A DNA stretch of 27,291 nucleotides from Catajapyx aquilonaris. Lineage: Eukaryota. The notes under the pieces were generated by a model. That model worked only from the letters and a program-made list of their open reading frames with translations, had not been told where the DNA came from and did no database searches. Shown in pieces: positions 1 to 11,075 of the stretch (positions are counted from its first letter, which is position 1; every line of letters starts with the position of its first letter). The stretch is from assembly GCA_000934665.2 (NCBI GenBank), contig JYFJ02001157.1, forward strand, positions 62,001 through 89,291, in the 5' to 3' direction. The position numbers were made by a program, and so were the translations under genes.

Positions 1-531
1 GCACTGTGTTCTTCATCTGTAACTGGAGAGTGTTATTGGGATATTAGATTAGGACTTCATATTTTAAGATGCACCATGCACTCACTGTTGTCAAACCGCC
101 GAGATTGATAAGGCACGAAAGCTTTGTAATCGTAGAAATTGTGGGTAAAAATAACCGACAATGAGAGTCCGATAACAAAAGCAGCAAACATCCATTTTAT
201 GAGACGTGGCCTTCCACTGGCCATATTGATATGAAGTTCTTTCAGTACTGGTAGGTTGTGTAAATGTATAGTTAACTTCTATCACTGGCAGGGTATATGG
301 CTATGATCTGTCGCAAAAATAATGTGCTTGCACTTTCAATGTAACGCGACAATCGGAAGACCAACCTATAGAAAAATAGAAGGGGTCAGTCGACAGTCTC
401 TTTACCATTATTACAAATCCGTAGTTATACTACCTGATTACACTGAGCACCCTTGGTTTTTCGGTATGTCCAAACCACCACTACACTTCATAATATGTTT
501 TAAAGATTGTTTGATCCTCTCATAAAGAAAC

Positions 532-615
532 ACACCTTTACACCTTTACACCTTTACACCTTTACACCTTTACACCTTTACACCTTTACACCTTTACACC
601 TTTACACCTTTACAC
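532..615. repeat. (ACACCTTT)n perfect 8-bp tandem repeat, 10 full units plus a partial unit
   Basis: Directly visible in the sequence. Confidence 0.97.
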
Positions 616-835
616 AGCAGGCTCTTTAGCGATTCCTTTATAGCAAGTGATGCAAAATATGCTGTAGAATGGTACTGGTAAAGAATACAGTCACATCTGC
701 TACTGAATAGTGATCTGCTGATTGGCCAGGATCTATCAATAGGTTTGCAGGAACAATATGCTAAGACTATAAAAGAATGTATATCTTAGGCGACTTATGT
801 ATATTTCAGGTGTTAGGACAGTCGCATGTCGTGCG

Positions 836-1309
836 TCACTTATTAGGTGTTACGTTGATGGTGCCGATGTTATCAGGGAAATCATCGAAGGGGTTGGGCG
901 CCTGTAACACATCCACTATTTCTTCCTTAGCTCTGATCACTGTCATTGCCTTGCTGAAGGCCTCCTCCAAGGCTTCCTCGATGCACTTCGTCTGATCCTC
1001 AAGAAGGCGCTCATATGCCTTCTTATCCCTGATGACCTGCAACTAATAATGATGGGCAATATAAATTTAAAATGCTGCGGTGAAGACATGGTTACGTACC
1101 CTTGCCTTCTCAGCTCTGGCCTTTTCTTGGGCCTCCAGAAAGAGAACAGCCTCTTCCGCTCGTCGCTTCTGACTTCGCTCCAACTCCCCATATCGAAACA
1201 GCGACTGGGCCACGAAATGGATGGGGTCACGAGGTCGTTTCATGACCGCCTGTAACAGGGCCATCTTCAGAGACGGCCCCACCGTGGACTCCAGGTATGT
1301 GGAGTCCAT
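836..1309 (-). CDS. DYDC: Dpy-30 motif protein, DYDC1/2-like (axonemal radial-spoke family), ~136 aa; exons 1309-1100 and 1036-836
   Basis: The N-terminus MDSTYLESTVGPSLKMALLQAVMKRPRDPIHFVAQSLFRY fits the Dpy-30 motif (YL...VG..L..AL......RP.DPI..A..L). A charged coiled-coil follows. A phase-0 intron (gtacgt...tgcag, 1099-1037) joins the two ORFs in frame. Confidence 0.85.
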
Positions 1310-1367
1310 CGACACCCCCAACCCCCTAAAGACACGTCCTGAAATATAATTGTGTTGACACAATATG

Positions 1368-1380
1368 GTTGCTTGCCAAC
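1368..1380. promoter_or_regulatory. Candidate RFX X-box (GTTGCTTGCCAAC) upstream of the DYDC-like gene
   Basis: Imperfect palindrome close to the RFX consensus GTTGC(C/T)NGGCAAC, ~60 bp upstream of the ATG of a ciliary-family gene. Confidence 0.45.
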
Positions 1381-1418
1381 AGTCTCAGTGGTAGCGACAA
1401 TGGTTTATGTGTTGACAT

Positions 1419-2834
1419 TTATTGGTACAATGTTTCGTCAACTGCAGAATACACAGTCGGACAGAAATTCTCTGCCAAGTAATTGTACGCCGATACGTCA
1501 TCAGGTTGAATGTCTGAATTCAGCTTGTTCCAAATATGCACCGTGTAACTTTTCTCGAACAAGTCGATCGTTTCAGATGCATAGTCGAACTTAAATAGAT
1601 GAATGTTGTCGTCTTCAGGCACAGGATAAAAATCGTCTCGTCGATAAACATTCGGGATATTTTTACATATTCCTTGCTTTTTGTACAATGAGTTGACATT
1701 ATCAACGCCGCATGTGTCCAGAAGCAACGAAGTGAGCAGCTGGGGTCCTAATGACTGCCTGGAAGATGCTTCAAACTTGATGGGTATCTTCACTAACCAT
1801 TTGCTCAGAAAGGGATGTTTGGAGCGGAACTTCATGACGGCTGTAGATACAGTGTCATCGTCTTGTACAGCCACGAAAGATGGCAAGTCTTCCAATGACT
1901 TCTGCACGATGATGTCTGAGTCCAGGCTTATCCCTCCGTACAGGAACATCAGAGCTGGTTTTACAACGTCGCTGAAGTGATAGATGGCATGAGGTGGGTG
2001 GGAATGCAGCTGAGTTATGTACCAATTTTCCAAACCCACTTGTTTCAAGATGATGTCAGGATGAAACTGCAATGTTAACATATCTTCAGGTACTGTGTGT
2101 CAAAAATTGTTTGCTCCTCATTGCAAAAGAGATACTTACAGTTCTGACATGAATATTGGTACAAGTTGTTAGGAGTGACCTGGCCGGACCAGAGTCGAGG
2201 TAAGTGTCTCGTATGAGCAGAAACACCAACTTGAAGGGCATTGCTCTTGCTGCGGATTCGACAGAGCAGAGTACCCTGGGTGACACTGTGTGGTTGCCAG
2301 TTGTCAACACGAAAAATATGGACTCATTTGGAATTAAATTTTGTGGATCAAACTTCTTCAGGTAAGGTAATTCCGATCTGAAATGTAAAAGGAAAATTAC
2401 CAGCTGGTGACCTACTTTACTTTGCACTTCATTGATACAGTACATAATGTAGGGCACGTTTTTGACTTTTAATCAGCACATACCAGGCTGACTGCATAGC
2501 ACTGACTGATTTGGGTTATGTGACCAATAACAATGATGCCAATGGAATTTTAAGTTATATAGAGCAGATATTTGCATTTCAAAGTGTTTGGGGGTGGCAT
2601 TATGATTTTTAAAAAGGTAGTAGTTTTCTATTATCCTAAATAAGTATTAAGTATTATGGAGCCCCATTATAACATGCATCTTACTCATTCTAATTGATAG
2701 TTTTCAAGCCATACTCACCCCATATTTGTTCCACTTCTCAGCAGATATCTCAGTATAAGAGAGATGCTACATAACCCTGCTAACAAGATGATATATTCGC
2801 ATAGTTTATTGCGTGGAATTAACTTGCGTAACAT
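1419..2834 (-). CDS. A4GALT: Alpha-1,4-glycosyltransferase (GT32; lactosylceramide 4-alpha-galactosyltransferase / A4GNT / alpha4GT-like), ~333 aa; exons 2834-2719, 2377-2140, 2066-1419
   Basis: Type II membrane N-terminus (MLRKLIPRNKLCEYIILLAGLCSISLILRYL). Family motifs IFF...R.LCSVESAARAMP, HFSD...YGGISLDSD (DxD), GPQLLT, FYPV, SYTVHIWNKL and AYNYLAENFCPTVY. Splice phases are consistent. Orthology (A4GALT versus A4GNT) cannot be resolved here. Confidence 0.9.
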
Positions 2835-3866
2835 CTGAAATTATCGGAATAGTGAACGGAGAGAAAATGTAACTAATTTCTGGTATTAAACCAACAACCC
2901 TTTAAGCACGCATACATTACCATTAAGATGACAATGCAGCAACAGCGAAATATTACTTGGCACCTTCACAGCTTCAAAAAACAAGAAACATTTATGTTCA
3001 CTGCAGACTTGTGAGACACTATAGGGGGACGTGCTACATTCTCGTTAGACTGATGTTAGTCGTATGTTAACTACCGGCGTACTGAATATGTATGGATCAA
3101 CACTACGCAGCAGCTGGTTACATTATTATGTGTCAAGGTTTCCTCCTGGAAGTGAAGTTGCCTTTTCGTGCTCTATCTCCTTGGGAAAGCCCGCTGCAAT
3201 TTCAGCGGAATGGACATAATCGGAATTTATGAGTAAGTAAAGGTGTTGCGAGTTATTCGTGGCGAATATTATGGAGTATAGAGTGTATCTGCAATATTGC
3301 AAAATCAGATATAAAACAGGAAGTAACGCCATTTTCTTACAATATTAACTATCAGTAGTCAGTCGATATCGTAGCTTATGCAATAAAACCCACAGTTTTG
3401 GACGTTTGGTTCAGGAATTTTTATCCCTGAACATAAAGCCTATATACGGCTATAATATGTTCAGGAATGAAAATTAATGTAATGGTGTTATATTTTTTAT
3501 TCAGTTCTGTTATTAAGTTTTACACACTCGTATTGCGTTACATGCTTGTTATATCATTCGTGTTATATGTTATTATTGATTTATTACCTTTGATTGTTAT
3601 AGTCTCATCAATCGGGCAGTAGCGTTCGCAACATCTCTGAGTAAATATTCATAATTAATAAATCATGTTACTTCCACTAGACTCACAATATGTTGCTTTT
3701 AACACTAACTACAAGAGCAACCTACGTATATTTAAAAATCACTCAATACGGCACCCTATAATTATCATACCATTGAATCCCTTCTATAAGGAAATGAATT
3801 ATCACAATGCTGTATTATACTGTAATATGGATTATGTTATGGATGGACAGCTGCGACGTTTACACG

Positions 3867-5918
3867 TTACATGACGCACTTGGGGGCATCATGAATCAAT
3901 GCCTCGATCCATGGAAGGAATTCTGAAAAAAAATTAAAAATATTTCACTATTTGGAACTGTGAGATGACTCGTTTAGTGGTCATATTTTTAATACAGTTA
4001 ATTATTCCAAAAAAAATTCACTCTGCTTAATATGTGTGAACAGCCTTTTATAAATTTTTTCGGTGATTTTTTACATGGTAATAATATTGAATAAAATGCA
4101 AGAGGAGACATACCTGCTAGAAAAATGAAGTCGGTTTTATTTCGATCACAACAAGTGTTTCCTGCCAGTCCAACGGCCATGCGACGACCATTCAGACACT
4201 CCTGGGTTGCAGGCACTCCTCGGTACATCGATTCCTGTCAGATATGAAATATTCAATACCACAAAATGTTACAAATCACATTTTAAGTGAGCATGACATT
4301 ACTGTGCATTTGTCCTCAGTAATTAAGGGCAGATAATCCTCGGGACTCATTGAGAAATCCATGCTGTTCATGAAAATGTCAAATGGAGAGGACATGAAGC
4401 ACATAGGCGTAGCCACTCCTCGAGGTCCTAATTCCAAGGGATCTTTCAACTCCAGCAGAGTCACCTCTACTCCATTCACATTCACGACGGTTGTCTCCTT
4501 CACTCTGCGACTCGTCTTATTATCACTTTCCACAACCACCTTCAACAATGGCATCGTGACGTCACTGAAAATATACATGCTCGTTGGTCAACAATTTGAA
4601 GTTCATTATTCAATGGCTTACTGTAGAAATCCAGAATTGACAGTCAATATGTGACGATCTGAAATTATTCCTCCTTGCTGGACAGGCACGTCCTCAATAT
4701 TGATGCTGACCAACCATGGATCTATTGCATCCTCATCATTACTGTTGTTCCTGCCGCATTCTGTAAGTAACTGAATGTAATAATTTGAACTGCAGTAACA
4801 CTGTGGTGCCATTTTCGTACCACAATCAAAGGGACACAAGGCTGGTGATGGAACGTATTTTTCATCATCGGGGACATTGACCACTCTGCACTCAAATCCA
4901 GGTTTTTGGACAGAATCATCTGTGTGGAACCATACCACCAAGGTGCGATCATCGGTCCAAATCATTTCTTTGAGCACCTCAGTTCCATTCCCACAAAACC
5001 TTTAAATAACAGGGAATGTACGACAACCATCAGCACTATAGCAAGGTGAAATGAGGAAAACCTTCACCTTGACTCTTGAGTGAGTCATACCGACAGCTGG
5101 CGGCCTTACCTGGAGCTGCTGTTGACATCAAACACCTGCAGGAAGTCCTTAGGACATCCCTGGGACGACTCCTCCAGCTGGAAGCAGGGGCAGTGGATAC
5201 CCAAGGTGCCTCCTTCTTCTGCTTGAAAGACCCACACCTCGTCCACCAGTGGTGAGTAACTCTTGGAATTGAAATCAGAACTTCGAAGCACTCCGATGAC
5301 CCCTGTTTCTAAGACGTATGACCCCGGTGTGAGGTCGCTGTAGACTGATGGGTCCAGAACATCCAGACCTTGAGATGGCCTGATGGTAGATGTTGAAGGA
5401 ACCTGGGTTGTAGGTCTGCTGGTGAAGGCTGTAGGTCTGGTAGGCATACCGCTGGTAATATTGACAATTCTGGTTGTGCCAGCTGAAAATATGGTATTGC
5501 CACCGGTGGTACTGTCGTTGGTGGCAGTTCCGGGTGGAAAAGTGGCTTGTTGTTCCCATGGCAGAGGGTTTTTCGTGGATGGTTGTTCAGTAGTTTTATC
5601 TTTATAGAACATGTCAAATATGGAGCGTTTCAGACGTGTGCTTCGTTCATGGCGGGAGTTGGCTTGGCTATGCAGTGTAATCTAAAATTGGTCGCAAAAT
5701 ATGAGTATGTCGGCATAATAATTATTAGTGTTATATAATCACCCTGTAAGTTCGAGCTCAAAATGTGCAGTGGCTTAATTTTTAGTGCAATATTTTTCCT
5801 CAAGATAATCTGTTCTGTCTCAAATGATGAAATTACATATAAATGTGCATGAATATTCCAAACGTACCTCAGATGCGAAGAGAATAAAGGCGATGCCTAA
5901 TGGGCAAAAAATATTCAT
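3867..5918 (-). CDS. Secreted CUB-domain serine protease homologue (non-catalytic) with a Thr/Ser-rich linker, ~459 aa; exons 5918-5868, 5681-5110, 4999-4821, 4760-4622, 4564-4303, 4234-4114, 3922-3867
   Basis: Signal peptide MNIFCPLGIAFILFASE and an RLKR furin-type site. T/P-rich tract, then a CUB domain (CPCFQLEESSQGCPKDFLQV...RFCGNG...LVVWFHTDDSVQKPGFEC) and a CPFDCECG linker. Trypsin-like remnants: PWLVSI, GGIISDRHILT, VTLLELKDPL, PMC, FLPWI. All six introns are GT-AG with matching phases. Confidence 0.82.
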
Positions 5919-6502
5919 CTTTGTCAGACCAGGAGAATGTTATTCTGCGACGGGTGCTGATGACTACTACTCGAGCTGAACTGAAGGACACCACACAGTC
6001 ATTGTCGCTCTTCTCTGTCGTATATGGCAGAGCAAAATAATGTAGACAAAGGGATACTGCACAGAGTCACGTGAGGCAATACATGCTGATCAAAACAGAA
6101 CAGCTGCAGAGCAATACATAAAGGATCCGGCTCGAACAGCAATTGTCTATACAGATGTGATTTTCACAGTTATTTACGCGATTGCATACAAATAATTGCG
6201 TCGCGATTTTGGAGGTCGTGCCCTTGTTAAAACGTGTGATCGTTATTTTTTATACAAATACACATCTTCAAAGCGAATCGAATGATTGTAATTTGTCATT
6301 AATTGCTTGTTATGCTGTCATATTTTCATCAGGAAAAGCAGTGCAATAATCAGTCAACGTCATATCACATGGAGCAGCTTGGAGGTTTTATTATTACACT
6401 TGTGTAACATTATCATTACTAGTATGTATCTCTTCACATTTCCGTTACAAGTAGTATCCTCTCAGTTGCTACACAAAGTGTGCCTACAATAGTAAATGTA
6501 AA

Positions 6503-7820
6503 TCACTCATCTGTCGTGTAGAGGGATTCTTCAGTATGCTGTTGGCAAGCACTTTGTGTTTGAGTAAACAAACAATTGAAGAAAGTTGCCCCGCTGCTGC
6601 AAGTGTCGGGATCATCTCGGGCTGAGTCCATGCAAGAGGTAACCATCTCACGGTCCATTCGATCATAAGGATATTCTAGCGAATCAGTCGTGAAGTTTCC
6701 GTTTATGTCAACCTGGAGGAACAACGCGTGTCATACAAAAATAATTGCTCTTGTGATACATTGTCATTGTTATTACCATGTTCAGCCATTCCATCACGCA
6801 GGTACCGCCGCACTGAAATTCAGGACAAGTTAGTTATCAACTATAATTATATGATTAAATAGCTCTTTGTATTATTGTGGACATGGTCACTCGTGTTTCA
6901 TAACCAATAAGCAGAGCTATATTTTGTCTGACACAATCTTTTGGCATGTCAAAGGAGTTGTAGTGCATGTTGATTATGCAAGTGTTTCGGATAATTTTTC
7001 AGCAGAAAAAATACAAAACAATTTGCATACATCATACCTCTAAGCATTTCATAAGGTTCATTTCATCCGACTCTGACAATTTAGGATTTCTGCAAGGTTC
7101 ATTTCCAGGGCAAATCTGAAATAGAACATTTATGTAAGAGAAAATACTATGTAGTGAAAAATAAAAGTGCAAAATAATAAGAAAAAGCGATATCATTATT
7201 AGTGAAGACGATTTTGCGTTACTCTTGCAGGTTTAGAATACAATAGGCCTTCTGAATGTAACTTACCTTTGGCAGGGACATGTAGAGACATTTTATGAGA
7301 TACGCATATCCATCACAAATATCATCTGGAATGACCAATTTTTTGGTTCGAGATATGCAAGTATCAAGTAAGTGGCTCATAATTGGTCTGGATTGGGGAA
7401 ACTCCTCTTCTGGGTAGAGCCAGTCCAGTGTTTTATCCACATTGGGATAGCCATCCTCTCCAATCATGTCTTTTTCTTCCAGTAAACATTGAGCTACACA
7501 CTTTTATTAGAGAACATTAGTGAAACATGAGAGACCTACAATATTTTAATGGAATTGCCCTGTTATCACACTTACTAACTGGCATATCTGTTGTCCCTCC
7601 TGATATTGTCTAACTGCTGTGTTAAAGAGTCGGCAGCCCTCATCTACGTCTTCGTCTTCAGAATCCTGGGGGAGGATATACACAGAGGCCATAGTTTAAA
7701 ATAAATCCGTTATAGTACTTAAACTGTTGTTCAGAAATCATGCTAGCATATGAAGAAACTAACCTGTCCATTGACAAGAAAGAAGACGTTGACCAACAGG
7801 AGCAGCAATGTTAGTTTCAT
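6503..7820 (-). CDS. Two-domain OBP-like secreted protein, copy A (intact, 234 aa); exons 7820-7764, 7665-7576, 7500-7267, 7115-7038, 6812-6777, 6712-6503
   Basis: Signal peptide MKLTLLLLLVNVFFLVNGQ. Each domain has the OBP core spacing C-X3-C...C...C-X8-C plus two extra Cys (16 Cys in total). All introns are phase 0 GT-AG, and the structure repeats in the paralogues. Confidence 0.85.
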
Positions 7821-8284
7821 CTTCAGGATGAATACGATGAGTGTTAGTTCACTCGCATAAAGGCACTAATCCAATTTTATTTTGCTAGCAGCACATATAT
7901 ATTTCTCATCACTTCCTTGCGGAAGATGTGCTTCCTGCCTTAGATTAATAAGTTCAGCGTAAATGTCAATGGGCAATCCAGGTACTGCAATCATAGTCCA
8001 AACTGGCTTTGAAAGCAACTGATATAATGGCTCATCACTACCGTGCAGAATACACTCTTCCTGCCTTATAGGCTATGTCACGTCACGATGTTCAGTTTGG
8101 TTGCTTTTATTATACCATTGCATCATAAGAGACACATGTGTAGAGTCTATATCGGAATGTACACATTTCACACTTCCGTTACAAGCAGGATCATTTTGTT
8201 GTTACCCAAGTTCACAGAGCAAATTAAAATCACCCAATGGTCGTGTTGGCTCATTATTCTGCTGATGGCTCGGAGCAATAAGGA

Positions 8285-10029
8285 TTATAAGCACTTAATT
8301 TGGTATTCCCTAAACAGACAAATGAAGAAAGATTCCCCGGCGGCGCAGGAGTCGGAAGCTTCTTGGGCCGAATCCATGCAAGATTTGACCATCGTACGGT
8401 CCATCGCGGGATAAGGCCACATCATTCTACGAGAAGCGGTGAAGTTTCCGTTTTCATCCACCTGCATCAGGAACAACATGCCATGCTAAATAATTGCTCA
8501 TTGATTGCTCTACATTAAGTAGTTTTGGTTTAAATTGTCTTGTTATTACCATGTTGAAATAGTCCATCACGCAGTAATCGGCGCACTGAAATGTATAGAA
8601 CAAGCTACTCATAAATTATAATAATTAACCAACATTATTATTGGGCACAGAAACTTGAATTTCATAACCACGCAAGAGGAAGAGTAGTACTGTAATACTG
8701 CAGAATTTTAAAAAGCTTTGATGTAGTCCTGATGCGTAAACCAAGCCAGGCACATTTGTCTGAAACATTCTTTGCCATATAATAAGTTATATATCAAACG
8801 AATTTCTAGGTGCACCTAAACGATGCAAGCAGTGTTTGAGATGTTTGTGAGCCGGACAAAATACGAGCGCACATTTCACATAGCATACACCATATACCTG
8901 GAAGCATTTTGTCATAAGGTTCATTTGATCCGACTCTGATATCAGAGGATTTCTGCAAGGTTCATTTCCAGGGCAAATCTGAAATGAAACATTTATAATT
9001 ATAACAGCGAGTACAGTAACATACTGTAAATCTAGTACCGTATGTTAGGCTAGCTTACCTTCGGCATGGACATCTCGACACAGCTCATAAGTTTGGCATA
9101 TCCATTGCACAGATCATCTGGAATGATCAAATTTCTGTTTCGAGATATGCAAGTATGAAGTATGTAACCGATAAGTGGTCTGGAATGGGGAAATATCTCT
9201 CTTGGATCGTGGATAGAGCCAGTCCAATGTTTTATCAATATCCGGATAGCCATCTTCTTTAAGGATACCTTTTTCTTCAAGGGCACATTGAACTCCACAC
9301 TTTAATAAATTAAAGTTCTTTAGTGAATCAGGAGAGATTTTGAATATTGTAATAAAAACTAGCAATTATTGCACTTACATATAGGCATACCTCTTGTCCA
9401 TACTCATAGTATTCCACTGCCGTGTTAAGGATTTGGCAATATATATCTGACTGTGAGTTGTCTTCAGAGTCATCAGCCTGGAGGAGGATATACCCAGAGA
9501 ACATAGCTAACAATGATCCATTCTACATTTCTACGCTCCTACATAATATTATTATATAGTGTAGTGCCAATATAGTGGACTTCCTTTCATTCATACCTGA
9601 GAAGTCATATCTGAGTAGTCGTTGTCTTCATAGTCATCATCCTGGAGAAGGATATACACAGAGAACATAGCTAACAATGATACATTCTACGCCGCTACAT
9701 AATTATAGCATAGTGCCAATTATAGTGAACTTCCTTTCATTCATACTTTGTATACTCAACATGCAAAAATATTCCAAAGGAAGGGGCAATATCCATAACT
9801 CAATGGGAAAAGAATTTCAATTACGCAAAATTATTTTGAGACTGTAGAGTACATCTTCACCCCACATACGAGTACATATGGGTAAAGGTTTCAGCAGATG
9901 AAACTTGGAGGTATTTTTAGCATATCTTAAATTACTGTATCATAAATCACACTAGCATAATATTATGAAGAAACAAACCTGTCCATTGACAAGAAGCAAG
10001 ACGTTGACCAACAGCAGTGGTAGTTTCAT
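8285..10029 (-). pseudogene. Two-domain OBP-like copy B, frameshifted; exons 10029-9979, 9641-9597, 9477-9379, 9299-9059, 8978-8898, 8585-8550, 8461-8285
   Basis: Paralogous to copies A and C. The core exon is 241 bp versus 234 bp in the intact paralogues because of a 7-nt insertion within 9203-9214, which gives a stop at 9114. All other exons are open with intact splice sites. Confidence 0.75.
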
Positions 10030-10480
10030 CTTCAGCAGGATTAATCCGTCGTGTATGCACATAGAGGCACTAAGCCAAATTCGTTTTGAAAGCGGCTGTT
10101 ACTGTATAATTGCCCATCACTTTCCTGCGGAAGATGTGCTTCCTCCCTTAGATAAACAAATTGTAGGCCTAAAATAATGTCAACTTGGTTTCTATATTAG
10201 GCCTGCAGTAAAATGCAATGGTAATACTGTATGAGGTTGTAAGTTATTATTCGTATTCTCCTGTATTTTTTAAAATTCTTATATCGGTATAGGGATATCT
10301 TCCTCTTTCTCTCCTTGCTATGATGGTGAATATATTGTTACCTTTTAATTTTACCAACATGCTGTTTTGCAAGTACACTTTGAAAATTCCCTTTATGTTC
10401 CCTAACCAAATGGTAGCAATAATTAAAATTCCAAAGATTACATTTTTTACATTATATATGTAGCCTACTGTACAATATAG

Positions 10481-10670
10481 CACCATCTAACATGCAGATA
10501 ATATTATTCTCAAGTTTATCGCATAGTTTTAACTTGTTCAGGAGAAATTGGTAAATAAAGTATGTATCAGTTTAAATTCAGTCCCAATATGCCGGTAATT
10601 TATGAGGTGGTGGCAATTTTCAATGTGTGCGGTGATAAATCTACATGACAATCTGATTGATATTTGGATA
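10481..10670 (-). pseudogene. Relic of the 3' end and 3' flank of a copy-D-type OBP-like gene
   Basis: Collinear with 13201-13388. It reads ...SKYQSDC versus ...SKYESDCAI* in copy D, followed by the same 3' flank. Confidence 0.7.
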
Positions 10671-11075
10671 ATTATTATCATGCTGATTTTTTGATTGATA
10701 TGCTTCCCTTATTGTTCACCTCATACGGTCTCCACTCCAGACATATGAGTGATATTATAACTCACGTCTCTAGTATAGAGACCGTATGCACAAGAGCACA
10801 ACACACAATCTGGAGGAAAGCAAAAGGATGAGAGAAAAGAGTAACACATCACTGCAACAGCCCACAGACCACATCATGGAGTTCATCTTGGTTGCTTTTA
10901 TTATCGTTGCATAATAAGAGACACATGTGTAACATCTATCAATATCGAAAACGAACACATTTCACATTTACGTTACAAGCAGGATCATTTTGTTGTTATC
11001 CATGGTACGATTCATTTGCAGAGCAAATTAAAATCACCCAATAGTAGTAGTGTTGGCGCAATATTATTCTGATGG

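Noticed and set aside
532..615. (ACACCTTT)n as a telomere or CRISPR-like array
   Set aside because: It is short and interstitial, has no spacers, and is not the arthropod TTAGG repeat. Treated as a simple repeat.
7486..7584. CxxCxxxC resembling an Fe-S or metal-binding motif
   Set aside because: The proteins have signal peptides and an even Cys count consistent with disulfides. The spacing is X6 in the monomers, so the motif is not conserved as a metal site.
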